Shown in pieces: positions 21,099 to 30,273 of a stretch of 64,000 nt of DNA. Both the position numbers and the translations under genes were made by a program. The stretch's first letter is position 1; the number at the start of each line of letters is the position of its first letter. The stretch covers positions 448,001 to 512,000 of the IMG/VR virus record IMGVR_UViG_3300021431_000075. One strand, given 5' to 3'. The stretch comes from a virus. Lineage: Duplodnaviria > Caudoviricetes. The notes under the pieces were generated by a model, which saw nothing but the letters and a program-made list of their open reading frames with translations, made no database searches and was not told the DNA's origin.

Positions 21099-21578
21099 AT
21101 GAATCCAGACGAAATACAGCAGCAACAGACGCAAGAATCAACAGAAAACACTCCGGAAGACAAGGCGACAAAACTCCGTAACTATTGGACAGAGGAAGTC
21201 CAAAAACTGAATGAATATTTGAAAAACCTTCCGTCTGTTGACCATTTGATTAATATTGTTTATACAAAAAGACAAGAGGCTGTTGATAACTATTATGCAA
21301 CGATGTCTGTATACAACAAGCAGTATCGTATATACAAGCAGAACTATGCCCAGATTTACAACAATATCAAAGCAGGTTCCAATGGCATACGATATACAAG
21401 CGACCAAGCAATAGACAAGCAAATTGACGCGCAGTTGATTGCACAGCGAGAAGTCCTTGATGAATTGAATGTTCTGATGAGTTTCTTATGGGAGACTGTC
21501 AAGTCTATCGATGGTATTCAGTATGCTATTGGTAACAAGATTAAGATTCATGAAATGATGAATGGCTTGAAGTTCTAA
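21099..21578 (+). CDS. UvsY-like recombination mediator
   Basis: helical; C-terminus ETVKSIDGIQYAIGNKIKIHEMMNG resembles UvsY; ATG 21099 follows AATAAATA 21069. Confidence 0.55.
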   Translation: MNPDEIQQQQTQESTENTPEDKATKLRNYWTEEVQKLNEYLKNLPSVDHLINIVYTKRQEAVDNYYATMSVYNKQYRIYKQNYAQIYNNIKAGSNGIRYTSDQAIDKQIDAQLIAQREVLDELNVLMSFLWETVKSIDGIQYAIGNKIKIHEMMNGLKF

Positions 21579-21606
21579 AAATAAATAAATAAAGTCGTTT
21601 TAAGAA

Positions 21607-21978
21607 ATGAGACGAAATAACAAGTTGACCGAGCAGCAAATCAGGCATAGAGTCATGAGAGAAGTCTATGATTTTTTGAATGAGCATTTTCCTGCGGATG
21701 TTATCGAGCAGCAAGCATTGGATAAAGTGAGAAAACTTGGTGAGTTCGATATTATAAAGATTAAGTATGCTCCTGCAAAGTTTAACGGTTATCTTGAAAT
21801 TGAGAACAATATATACAATAACTACTATGTTGTTGGATGGAATTTTAATTATGGATGCCCAAGAAGCACACAAAGATTCAGAAATCCGGAGGAAGTAATT
21901 AAGTTCTTAAAAGATAATGGCATTGATCTTTCGTCTCTCGTTGAAACAGTAAATCCGGATTTGACAAACGGTCTATAA
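21607..21978 (+). CDS. hypothetical late protein
   Basis: ORF with KLTE/VMRE/FLNE leader; AATAAATA at 21580. Confidence 0.7.
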   Translation: MRRNNKLTEQQIRHRVMREVYDFLNEHFPADVIEQQALDKVRKLGEFDIIKIKYAPAKFNGYLEIENNIYNNYYVVGWNFNYGCPRSTQRFRNPEEVIKFLKDNGIDLSSLVETVNPDLTNGL

Positions 21979-21995
21979 AAACGTTCTTTATCTTT

Positions 21996-22214
21996 ATGTC
22001 TAAGAAAATAAAGAAAATCAGCAAGAGTAATAATGATTCGTCTGGAATCATAAGAATGGTCGGCGATGCTGGCTATCTTGTAAAAGACACTCCATGTCTG
22101 ATTCCGAAGGAGAACATGCCAATGTTCAATGCCATGAGAAAGACTGCCGGCGTATCTTCTTTTGGAAACTATCCGAATCCGTTCAACATTTTCTGGAAAG
22201 GTGGAGGAAAGTAA
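21996..22214 (+). CDS. small hypothetical protein
   Basis: 72-aa ORF followed by a terminator. Confidence 0.6.
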   Translation: MSKKIKKISKSNNDSSGIIRMVGDAGYLVKDTPCLIPKENMPMFNAMRKTAGVSSFGNYPNPFNIFWKGGGK

Positions 22215-22229
22215 TTATCAATAGAATAG

Positions 22230-22263
22230 AAAAATCTCACAACATAGTGCTGTGAGATTTTTT
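22230..22263. terminator. bidirectional intrinsic terminator
   Basis: AAAATCTCACA...TGTGAGATTTT. Confidence 0.75.
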
Positions 22264-22323
22264 GTCTTTATGATTATGATGTTTTTCTCAAGAATAATCA
22301 GAGCCGAATGTATGAAATCGTTT

Positions 22324-22797
22324 TTACTTTCCGTTCTTGATTCTGTTTCCTACGATGTCCCACATCGTGTTCACGATGAAGCTGTTCTTCACCTTGCGAC
22401 CAACCATGCTCTTGATTTGCTCGTTGATGACATCAACGACTTCAGCGGACTGTCCGATACGGAAGCTCTCTGTAATCTGCTCAAGATTCTTCTTGACCTG
22501 TTTCTGGATGAACATCTTGATGTCTTCAGACGAAGAGTCCTTGCTGAGAACAATCATATTCTCGTTAAGCAACTTGACGCCAGCATCGTTGATACCGGTC
22601 TTTGGAGACCAGTACTCGGAAAGCCTGCGTGCCATCTCAGCTTTTGTCTTGGAATCAAGCTCTGACATTTTGCCTGTAATCATGTAGTTCTCCTTGAGAA
22701 CATTGACAACCGCAACCTTCTGTGCCTCATAAACAGCGCGTCTCTCTTCAAGGACCTTTTTCTTGCTTTGATTATAAACTTGACTATATGATTTCAT
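22324..22797 (-). CDS. hypothetical late protein
   Basis: 157-aa ORF; GATAAATA at 22893-22900. Confidence 0.75.
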   Translation of the reverse strand: MKSYSQVYNQSKKKVLEERRAVYEAQKVAVVNVLKENYMITGKMSELDSKTKAEMARRLSEYWSPKTGINDAGVKLLNENMIVLSKDSSSEDIKMFIQKQVKKNLEQITESFRIGQSAEVVDVINEQIKSMVGRKVKNSFIVNTMWDIVGNRIKNGK

Positions 22798-22916
22798 TCT
22801 TTTGTAAAAGAATATTTTATTCAGTTTTTGTTGCTTTATTTCTTGTGCGTTTTTTGACTTGCTTGAGCAAATACAATAGCCGCAACTTTTATTATTTATC
22901 TTTAATGTTTGAAAAA

Positions 22917-23375
22917 TTATTTTTCAATGTTCAGGATGAGTCTTGTGTCTTTCGGGACTGTGCATAAAGCGCGTATGATAATGGTTCCGTCATCCGGGTT
23001 CCATTCATAGTCGCAGTTGGGTTCAGGGTGCTTCTTTGATATGATGTCATAGTGCTGGCAGTAACCGAAAGGAATCACGAATGTAGTGTCCGGTTCCACT
23101 TCGAACACCATGTCACGAACATCCTTCGAGTATAGCGCGCTCTTGTCCACCATTCTTGTCGGGCATATCTCGATGATGTCGCCGCGGAAGAATCTGCTGT
23201 TTGAATAGACGGACCGTCCGTCGAACTTCACTTTGCATTGTCTTGCGTTTGTCGGAACAAGGTCGTATTTTTTTATTGCCTTTTTGTCTCGCTTTGTGTC
23301 TCCCCTGAAAAGCCCGTACAGACTTATGCCTTTCAACTGTTCATTGATTCTATGATGCTTGCTGTAGTGTCTCAT
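22917..23375 (-). CDS. degenerate SET-domain protein
   Basis: GRSVYS...RGDIIEICP...FGY...HPEPNCDY...IRALCTVPKDTRL follows SET motif order, but NHS and the terminal Tyr are absent. Confidence 0.6.
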   Translation of the reverse strand: MRHYSKHHRINEQLKGISLYGLFRGDTKRDKKAIKKYDLVPTNARQCKVKFDGRSVYSNSRFFRGDIIEICPTRMVDKSALYSKDVRDMVFEVEPDTTFVIPFGYCQHYDIISKKHPEPNCDYEWNPDDGTIIIRALCTVPKDTRLILNIEK

Positions 23376-23381
23376 TTCTTT

Positions 23382-25271
23382 TTAAAAATCACTTTTCTGT
23401 CCGCCGTTGTATGTCTCGACTTTTTGTTTCAGTTCATCTCCGGCATTATCCAATGCTTCGATGCGAGTTGATGCGTCCGTTGTTGTTGCTGTTGATGCAT
23501 CGACAGTTTCTTGGCTATTGTTATCCGCATATTTCGCATAGTTGTTAACATAGTCTTTTACATCCTTGTTTGGCACCAAGTTTTCAATCCTTTGTGCAAG
23601 TTTTCCGAAGTATGCGCTCATGTCCTCGTCTTCATTGATGACATAGTCGTACACGTACATGAACTCTTCAACAACGAGAGATTCAGAGATGTTCAAGTCC
23701 TTGTTGTAAATCACGTTGCAGATCGCGTCATAGTAAGCGTCAAATGCATTTGCAAGCGTGAAGTTCGAGTACTTCTCCGAATAGTCTGTATTCAAGAAGT
23801 CCTTAATCAATTTCAAGAACATCTTTTCTACGTTTATCTTGTCGATGACAGACGTGCTTGATGACTTGAACGAGTCAAGATACGGAAGAAGCGACTTGTA
23901 GTGGTCGTTGTCCGGAGCGGTTATGATGTTCTTGATGATGTCAAGGATGCTGACATTCTTTTTGAACACCGGACGCTTTGTATTGCTTCCGAACGGAGTA
24001 ATCTCATAGTCGTTGTTCTTGAACAGATTGTCTAAAATCTTCTGGCAGGCGTTGTCGATTTTGCCGGCATTCCATTTGTATATGTCGCTGTTTAAGAAAT
24101 CTTTCCATCTCTTGATGTATTCTCTGAGCTTCAGTTTCAAATTCTTGTTATTGATGATGAACTCTTCGTTCAGTGTGTTGTTGTAGTCTTCTATTGCCTG
24201 ATATGTCTTGTTGATGCTGTCGAAATATGTTCCGATGAGGAGTTTTGAAATCGCGTCATCGACTTGCTCAACGATGTCAGATTCGTTCTTTTGGTCTATG
24301 ATTTTGTTCATGATGCGGTTGTCGCTATAATAGTCAACCACATGTTTGATTGCATTCCTCAGGTTGATATTGGGAATCCTTCTTGTTTTGAATTCCTTTG
24401 CAATATCCGGAGCATTCGTATTGAGCCATCTGTTGCTGTCCAATATGCTGTCAAGTCTGTCATATGCAATATCAGAGTTCGGATATACGCCTTGAATCAG
24501 GTCAATCTTCTCGTCATAAGAGTTCTCGTCAGGAATATCCACATAGTTGTTGTTCTTGCTGATGATGTTCTGTATGAATTTCTTGTCGCTTGCATCCGAT
24601 GTGTATTCTCTGATGACTGCATTGTAGAATTCGGTTTTTAGAATATTCTTGTGAGCCTCGACGTCACAAACGGTCTGAATGACTTTAAGGGATATGAAAA
24701 TATCAGGGAATTTTATTTTCGTCTCGTCTGTTATGTTCTCGATATTGATGTTTGTCAAGTTTGAATTGTAGAAGAACGACAGGATGCTTTCAAGGTTCTT
24801 GTCTTCCTTCTTCAAATTGACAAGAGCGTCGAAGAAAGTCTTGAATTCCTTGTCGTCTTCATTGTTTCCGTTTTCATCTTCAAACATGCTCTCGTCTTCG
24901 TCATGAACTTCCCTGTGTGTCTTTATGAAGGTTCCGTCCGATTTTATAATCTGTTTGAACATGTTCCTGTATGTCTCGTAGAGATTGTCTTCGATGTTGA
25001 AATTGTCAACAATCTCATAGAACTTGTTGATTGCATCATGGAGAGATTTGATGTTATTGTTCTGCATGGATGAACCCATTCTTCCTACAGTCTCTCTGTT
25101 CAGAATATGCTCTGATGCAAGATACTGCTTCAGAACATCTATTCTCTCGTCATTCACATCCGCGTTTCCGTGCATAGAGTCGAGCTGCCTTGCCGTGTCT
25201 ATGCAACGCTCCAGTTCATCTGCGCTATGAAACTTCTGTTTTGTTAAGTATAATACGTCTATCCAAGCCAT
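23382..25271 (-). CDS. hypothetical 629-aa late protein
   Basis: long ORF in late operon. Confidence 0.8.
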   Translation of the reverse strand: MAWIDVLYLTKQKFHSADELERCIDTARQLDSMHGNADVNDERIDVLKQYLASEHILNRETVGRMGSSMQNNNIKSLHDAINKFYEIVDNFNIEDNLYETYRNMFKQIIKSDGTFIKTHREVHDEDESMFEDENGNNEDDKEFKTFFDALVNLKKEDKNLESILSFFYNSNLTNINIENITDETKIKFPDIFISLKVIQTVCDVEAHKNILKTEFYNAVIREYTSDASDKKFIQNIISKNNNYVDIPDENSYDEKIDLIQGVYPNSDIAYDRLDSILDSNRWLNTNAPDIAKEFKTRRIPNINLRNAIKHVVDYYSDNRIMNKIIDQKNESDIVEQVDDAISKLLIGTYFDSINKTYQAIEDYNNTLNEEFIINNKNLKLKLREYIKRWKDFLNSDIYKWNAGKIDNACQKILDNLFKNNDYEITPFGSNTKRPVFKKNVSILDIIKNIITAPDNDHYKSLLPYLDSFKSSSTSVIDKINVEKMFLKLIKDFLNTDYSEKYSNFTLANAFDAYYDAICNVIYNKDLNISESLVVEEFMYVYDYVINEDEDMSAYFGKLAQRIENLVPNKDVKDYVNNYAKYADNNSQETVDASTATTTDASTRIEALDNAGDELKQKVETYNGGQKSDF

Positions 25272-25290
25272 CTTTTAAGAGTTATCATTA

Positions 25291-26874
25291 TTAAACTGTC
25301 ATGCCGGATGAACCGGAATTGCTATAAATCACATCATACATGCTGACGACGCGACCAAGCGCGCTATCCATGTCATCCACGAAGTATTTATAACCTGTAT
25401 TGAAGTCATCCACTGTATAGTATGGTATATATCCGTTCTTGTACTCATAAGACAGCTGCTTGAATATGCATCTGTATGTGAGCATCATGGCGATTATTCT
25501 CGGATACGTGACACGCAGGAAATCCTCGACGAATGACGCTGAACCGCTTTCGACGGAACCCTGGCTTCCGGTCAGCTGCGCGATTCTGTTGTCGATTCTC
25601 ATCTGGAGATCCGCGCTGTATCTGTTCCACATGGAAAGAAGACCTTCTGCCTTGAACGGATGGTGTCTGAGACTCTTTTGACCGCCGGTCTTGCAGACTT
25701 GCGCAATCTTGTTCTTGATTTCCTCGTCTGCACGGTCCTTGATGAACTTCATCGCGTTGGAAAGTTCCTTGATACAGGACCAGTCTGCACGCGGACCGAT
25801 GACCTCGCTGATTTCGGAGCTCAGGAAAGTGAACATGTCATGGTATATCGTGTCATAGTCCATCTGTTCATATTCAGAGAGCTTTTTGTCGATTGCCTCG
25901 TCTTCATTCAGAATGTTGCTTTTATCAAATTTTAACGCTTCCTCGATTGTTTTCAGGTTGCTGATTGACTTCGGCTTCATCGACATGTTGTCTTTCGAGA
26001 GGAAACCGTAAAAAGCGGTCCAGTTCGGAAAGTTCGTGAACGTGTTGATGAACCTGTTTAGCGTGTCGTTGTTCTTGATGTTCTCTATGTAGTTGCTGAC
26101 CTTGTTGAGATAAGCGCCCTTGTCGCCCGGAATGCTTGAAATCGCGATGCACTTGAAAACGATGTTCGCGTTCTTCTTCGCATCTATCTCGGTCTTCATG
26201 TCATTCAACTCTGTTCTATATCCCGTGTCCTTTATGCTTCTGAAAACCTCGCTCTTGTCTTCGAGCCATTCCTTTACATTGTTGAACGATGTCTTGTTTG
26301 CTGTTTCGATGGCTTTCTTGAAACCGGATATGCCGGATGAACCGGAAACCATCTGGACAATCGGGCTTATTATCGTGACTGAACGTGAGACATATGTTGT
26401 TATCGCATTGACGACATCTGTCATCATCTTGCTCATTTTCGCATTTCTTGATTTGATATCTTCTGGTTTAATATCAATTCCGTGCATGTCAGTCGTATCT
26501 TCAAATAGCATTCTTGTCATCAAGTTAGCAAGGTCAAGACTTTCGTTATATGCTTCTTGATTGTATGTCATCTTGAAACCGTACAAGTCCGGACTTCCGA
26601 AATTAATGTCGCCGAAACACTGCAGACCGATATCATCCGCGCTGTTCGAGTCTATTTCCATCGGTCTCATGAACAGGCTTCCGTTCGGATTATTCTTTGC
26701 CTTTGCCGGAAAGTTGATGTCTGCCATCAGCATCTGGAAATTGTACGGAAGCGACGGAAACGCGATTGCAGAGAACAGGTCTGTCTGCAGGTTCAGCTTG
26801 AATGCGCGCTTCTGCATCGTCTCGAGATATGCTTTCTGCACATCATCATTTATCAATATAACGTTATGTGCCAT
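25291..26874 (-). CDS. hypothetical 527-aa late protein
   Basis: long ORF in late operon. Confidence 0.8.
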   Translation of the reverse strand: MAHNVILINDDVQKAYLETMQKRAFKLNLQTDLFSAIAFPSLPYNFQMLMADINFPAKAKNNPNGSLFMRPMEIDSNSADDIGLQCFGDINFGSPDLYGFKMTYNQEAYNESLDLANLMTRMLFEDTTDMHGIDIKPEDIKSRNAKMSKMMTDVVNAITTYVSRSVTIISPIVQMVSGSSGISGFKKAIETANKTSFNNVKEWLEDKSEVFRSIKDTGYRTELNDMKTEIDAKKNANIVFKCIAISSIPGDKGAYLNKVSNYIENIKNNDTLNRFINTFTNFPNWTAFYGFLSKDNMSMKPKSISNLKTIEEALKFDKSNILNEDEAIDKKLSEYEQMDYDTIYHDMFTFLSSEISEVIGPRADWSCIKELSNAMKFIKDRADEEIKNKIAQVCKTGGQKSLRHHPFKAEGLLSMWNRYSADLQMRIDNRIAQLTGSQGSVESGSASFVEDFLRVTYPRIIAMMLTYRCIFKQLSYEYKNGYIPYYTVDDFNTGYKYFVDDMDSALGRVVSMYDVIYSNSGSSGMTV

Positions 26875-26876
26875 AG

Positions 26877-27683
26877 TTAATCCTTGTCAATCACTGCTGT
26901 GAGTTTTGATAATACATTCGTGTTGAATGCCTGAAGTCCGCCGCCTTCTTGCGGTGCCGCCGAGTTGGATATGTTCATCATGCTTCCGTTTCCGAAGTAA
27001 CCGAGCTTGTGAGCCGCGCTCATTACCGAGTTTGTCATATTTCTGTCCGCTGTTTCCTGCACTGTGCGGAAGCATGCCATGTTGCGCTCGCCCATGTTCT
27101 GCCTTGCACCTTTTCTAAAGAAGAAGGCATACCACGGCTTCTTCTTGTGGACTCCCTGGTCAATCACTTCGACGAGCCTGTTCATGTAGTACTTCAGCTT
27201 TTCTATTGCAAGCTTGTCTTTTCCTGTGACAATCAGTGTTGCAAGAGCAGTTCCGAGAAAAGCGAGACCGCTCAGTGCAAGTGTTCCGAGTTTGGAGAAA
27301 GAGAGATTCTTGACCCATGCATATGCATCAAGACCTTCGCCGCCTGCTGCCTCGTTCAATATCTCGCTGTCGTCTTCATCATCATAATTCTCGAGATAGT
27401 TAAGCGTAGAGTCTTTCATCTCTATGTAAGAGTCATAGTCAACATCATTTTCAAGAGAGTCTGAATACATCTTGTCAATTTCTTCAGATATGATGTTCTT
27501 AATGAAAGATAAATTATCGAACGGTTGCTCGTCAATAGAATCATCTTCGGAGAAAATCAAATCATTCTCATCTTCTTCGAAAAGATTCCTCTTGTGAGCG
27601 TTATGCTCAGATTCATAAATCTTTCTATCTTCCGGACTCAGCAGAGCGAGTCTTTCTTTTGACAACTTGTGTGGAAATCTCAT
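26877..27683 (-). CDS. hypothetical late protein with acidic N-region and hydrophobic helix
   Basis: KIYES/NLFEE/ILNE then LGTLALSGLAFLGTALATLIV; GATAAATA at 27723-27730. Confidence 0.75.
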   Translation of the reverse strand: MRFPHKLSKERLALLSPEDRKIYESEHNAHKRNLFEEDENDLIFSEDDSIDEQPFDNLSFIKNIISEEIDKMYSDSLENDVDYDSYIEMKDSTLNYLENYDDEDDSEILNEAAGGEGLDAYAWVKNLSFSKLGTLALSGLAFLGTALATLIVTGKDKLAIEKLKYYMNRLVEVIDQGVHKKKPWYAFFFRKGARQNMGERNMACFRTVQETADRNMTNSVMSAAHKLGYFGNGSMMNISNSAAPQEGGGLQAFNTNVLSKLTAVIDKD

Positions 27684-27887
27684 ACAATCAAATGCAAATG
27701 TACATTCATCTTTATTATAAGATATTTATCTTAATGATTGAAAATGATGCATTTTGATGAAATTAAGAAAATAAAAACCGGGCTTCCTTAAAAAGAAAGC
27801 CCGGAAAATGTTTAATTTAAAAATTTTTGCTGATCTAAAAAACCATTTTGTCGCATTTCACAACGAAACAAAAAGTAGTATAATGTA

Positions 27888-28370
27888 TCAGAACAGGGCA
27901 TCGCCTTGCCCGCTTTCTGTATTTTTTTCTATGATTAAAGTTCTGAATATCTCCTCAAGAACATTCACGACTATGCTGTTTCCTGCAAGTTTCATAAGAT
28001 GATTTTTTGAGATGTCAGAATTCACAAGAAGTTCAGTCTCTTGACTATTGAGTCCCATTAACTTGAAAAGTTCTGTTTCTGTCAATCTTCTCAAAGAGAC
28101 TTTCTTGACTACTTTCTTGTTGTCCACTTCTTCATATTTGATAGAGTCGATGACAAACAGAGATGATGGAGCGCATGTTATTGTCGGACATAGCATTCCG
28201 CCGCCTTGAACACGTCCGCGTCTCAACTTTGAGTTCGGATATGACATATCGAATATGCCGCCAACCGGACAGAAGATATATGCCTGCTTTGTTGACTGGT
28301 GAATGTTTAGCCCATCGCAATCCTTAGAAACAGTCTGAACACATCTTGTTTCATTTACTTCCTCAACCAT
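27888..28370 (-). CDS. C5-cytosine DNA methyltransferase, C-terminal chain (TRD part + motifs IX-X)
   Basis: RRGRV insert, RRLTETELFKLMG (IX), KLAGNSIVVNVL (X); TAATG overlap with the N-chain gene. Confidence 0.85.
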   Translation of the reverse strand: MVEEVNETRCVQTVSKDCDGLNIHQSTKQAYIFCPVGGIFDMSYPNSKLRRGRVQGGGMLCPTITCAPSSLFVIDSIKYEEVDNKKVVKKVSLRRLTETELFKLMGLNSQETELLVNSDISKNHLMKLAGNSIVVNVLEEIFRTLIIEKNTESGQGDALF

Positions 28371-29260
28371 TAGAATAATGCGTTTTCGTTCTTGACAGGA
28401 ACGTAGCCTATTGTTTCTATAAGTTTTGCCTCGGTGTTTTCTGGTTCTTCAAGTTCTATCGAGTCCTCATCAACACCATACTGGTCTATGTTGTGCTCTT
28501 TTTCCTTGTCCTTGATGAGATGCTTATGCTCAGTGGTCTTTTCGTCAAAGTCTTCGCCTGTGTTGTAAAGCAGGTCAAGGAACTTCGGAATGACATCATC
28601 AGACAGATAGTATTCTTCAGGAACTCTGTCGCACAAGAAGTCCTCAATCTCTCTTTTGCGTTCAATCGGTTTTGGGAAGTAGTATTTAGGAGACTCGTCA
28701 ATCTCGTCTTTTCTGATAGAGACCATGAACACGCGTTCTCTTCCTTGAGGAATATCATAGTCGGCTGCATTCAGAACCTTGATGAAGCTGTTGTAACCGT
28801 AACTGTCTACGATTCGCTTCCAGCTCATCAATAGAGGATAGAACTTCTTGTCTGCATACAGGTTCTTTACGTTTTCAAGCAGACAGAATTTCGGACGCTT
28901 TTCCTCGATTGTTCTCTGGCATTCCCACAGCAATGATGAGCGTGTGCCGGAACCAGCCTCTCCGCCTCTCTGCTTGCCGCATATGCTGAAGTCTTGACAA
29001 GGGCTTGAATACGTGAACAAGTCAAAGTCCGGAACATTTTTCCAGTCAACCTTGCTTATGTCGCCAAGATTCTTGTCTGCTGCTTCTGGAAACACCGCAT
29101 TGTGGCTTGAAATCGCATATTCATCAATCTCGCTCCATCCGACAAGCTCGTAACTGAACCACGGATAGTTCTCGACAAGTCTGTCAAGAGCCATGCACTG
29201 GCTGTCATAGCCGCTGAATGCAGTGAAAACTCTTAAATGCAAATGCTTATTTTCATCCAT
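28370..29260 (-). CDS. C5-cytosine DNA methyltransferase, N-terminal chain (motifs I-VIII)
   Basis: FSGYDS (I), SSPCQDFS (IV), LENV (VI), QGRERVF (VIII). Confidence 0.9.
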   Translation of the reverse strand: MDENKHLHLRVFTAFSGYDSQCMALDRLVENYPWFSYELVGWSEIDEYAISSHNAVFPEAADKNLGDISKVDWKNVPDFDLFTYSSPCQDFSICGKQRGGEAGSGTRSSLLWECQRTIEEKRPKFCLLENVKNLYADKKFYPLLMSWKRIVDSYGYNSFIKVLNAADYDIPQGRERVFMVSIRKDEIDESPKYYFPKPIERKREIEDFLCDRVPEEYYLSDDVIPKFLDLLYNTGEDFDEKTTEHKHLIKDKEKEHNIDQYGVDEDSIELEEPENTEAKLIETIGYVPVKNENALF

Positions 29261-29292
29261 TGTCTAAAATCGTTTCTTTCTTAACTGAAAAA

Positions 29293-29320
29293 GTATACTA
29301 TATAAATAACAGAAAGTTTA
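29293..29320 (-). promoter_or_regulatory. phage bipartite promoter TAAACT-N16-GTATAC
   Basis: one of nine same-spacing copies; upstream of the MTase. Confidence 0.75.
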
Positions 29321-29382
29321 AAAAATGAGAGAATTTAGTTGAAAACAAACTCTCTCATCATCTCTAATTTGGACGCTTTCAA

Positions 29383-30261
29383 TTATTTTTTCAGAAGTTT
29401 GCGCTTCATAATTGCAAAGTTGACAACTTGGCTTAATATGTTCGAGTTGAACGCAAAGTTCTCTTTGTAAACTCTATAGTTCTTTCCGTTTACTGCATCT
29501 GGACCTTTTAATAGATTGCAGATGCATACAGAGATGTTTTCCGGCTTGTCTGTAATGTGATATGTGTTCAGCAAGTCGTTCTTGTAAGTGTGTACTTGGA
29601 ACGTGTACTTGCTCATGTCGCAGTCTTCCCAGTGGAATGCAGGTCCTTTCAACGTTTTGCCTCGGAATGACGAGCATTTGATTTCATCGGTCGTTTTCCA
29701 GTCCACAATCAGGAACTTGTCTGCGTTTCTGTTTTTCCAGAGGCAGTCAAGCCTGCCGACCACGATGTTCGCTTCTTCCATTCCGTCATCGAACGGCATC
29801 TGACTTTCTGAAAAGCTTTCGCCGTACAGTGTTAGTTCTCTTCCGATGAATTCGAAGTTGTATTTTGTTATATCTTCATAGAACTGGTCGAAACCGAGAC
29901 AAATGTTATATAGACGGCTGTCTGACTGGAAGTTGTTGTCAAGTTTCCAGATTTCCAGTTCATTGGTCCGGTTGTTCAAACGGAAGTCTGTATATTCATC
30001 AAGAAGCTTCCCGTATCTTTTCGATTCTTCCGCCTTTGCATTCCATTGCTGCAGAATCTCTTCCGCTGTCATGCCGGCATACTTGTATTTCGGGTCGTCC
30101 ATGCCTTTCTTTGCACATGCTTCTGCTTGCTGCTGTGCATTGAACGGCTCTGATATGTACTCTTCAATCTTTGATACAGAGATTATGTTTCTGTTTTCAA
30201 GATTCGAAAATTTTGCTTTGTTGATTTCATCAATCGTTCTGATGATTTCTTCTCTATTCAT
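29383..30261 (-). CDS. PD-(D/E)XK exonuclease (RecB/Cas4-like fold)
   Basis: YGKLLD..E, GRLDCL, IVDWKT, Y-x-x-Q-x-x-x-Y. Confidence 0.8.
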   Translation of the reverse strand: MNREEIIRTIDEINKAKFSNLENRNIISVSKIEEYISEPFNAQQQAEACAKKGMDDPKYKYAGMTAEEILQQWNAKAEESKRYGKLLDEYTDFRLNNRTNELEIWKLDNNFQSDSRLYNICLGFDQFYEDITKYNFEFIGRELTLYGESFSESQMPFDDGMEEANIVVGRLDCLWKNRNADKFLIVDWKTTDEIKCSSFRGKTLKGPAFHWEDCDMSKYTFQVHTYKNDLLNTYHITDKPENISVCICNLLKGPDAVNGKNYRVYKENFAFNSNILSQVVNFAIMKRKLLKK

Positions 30262-30273
30262 TTCTATAATGGT

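Noticed and set aside
29301-29308. Plus-strand TATAAATA inside the MTase promoter spacer
   Set aside because: No plus-strand gene follows; likely chance in AT-rich DNA
29383-30261. Cas4 of a CRISPR system
   Set aside because: No Fe-S cysteine cluster, cas neighbours or array; sits in a replication operon
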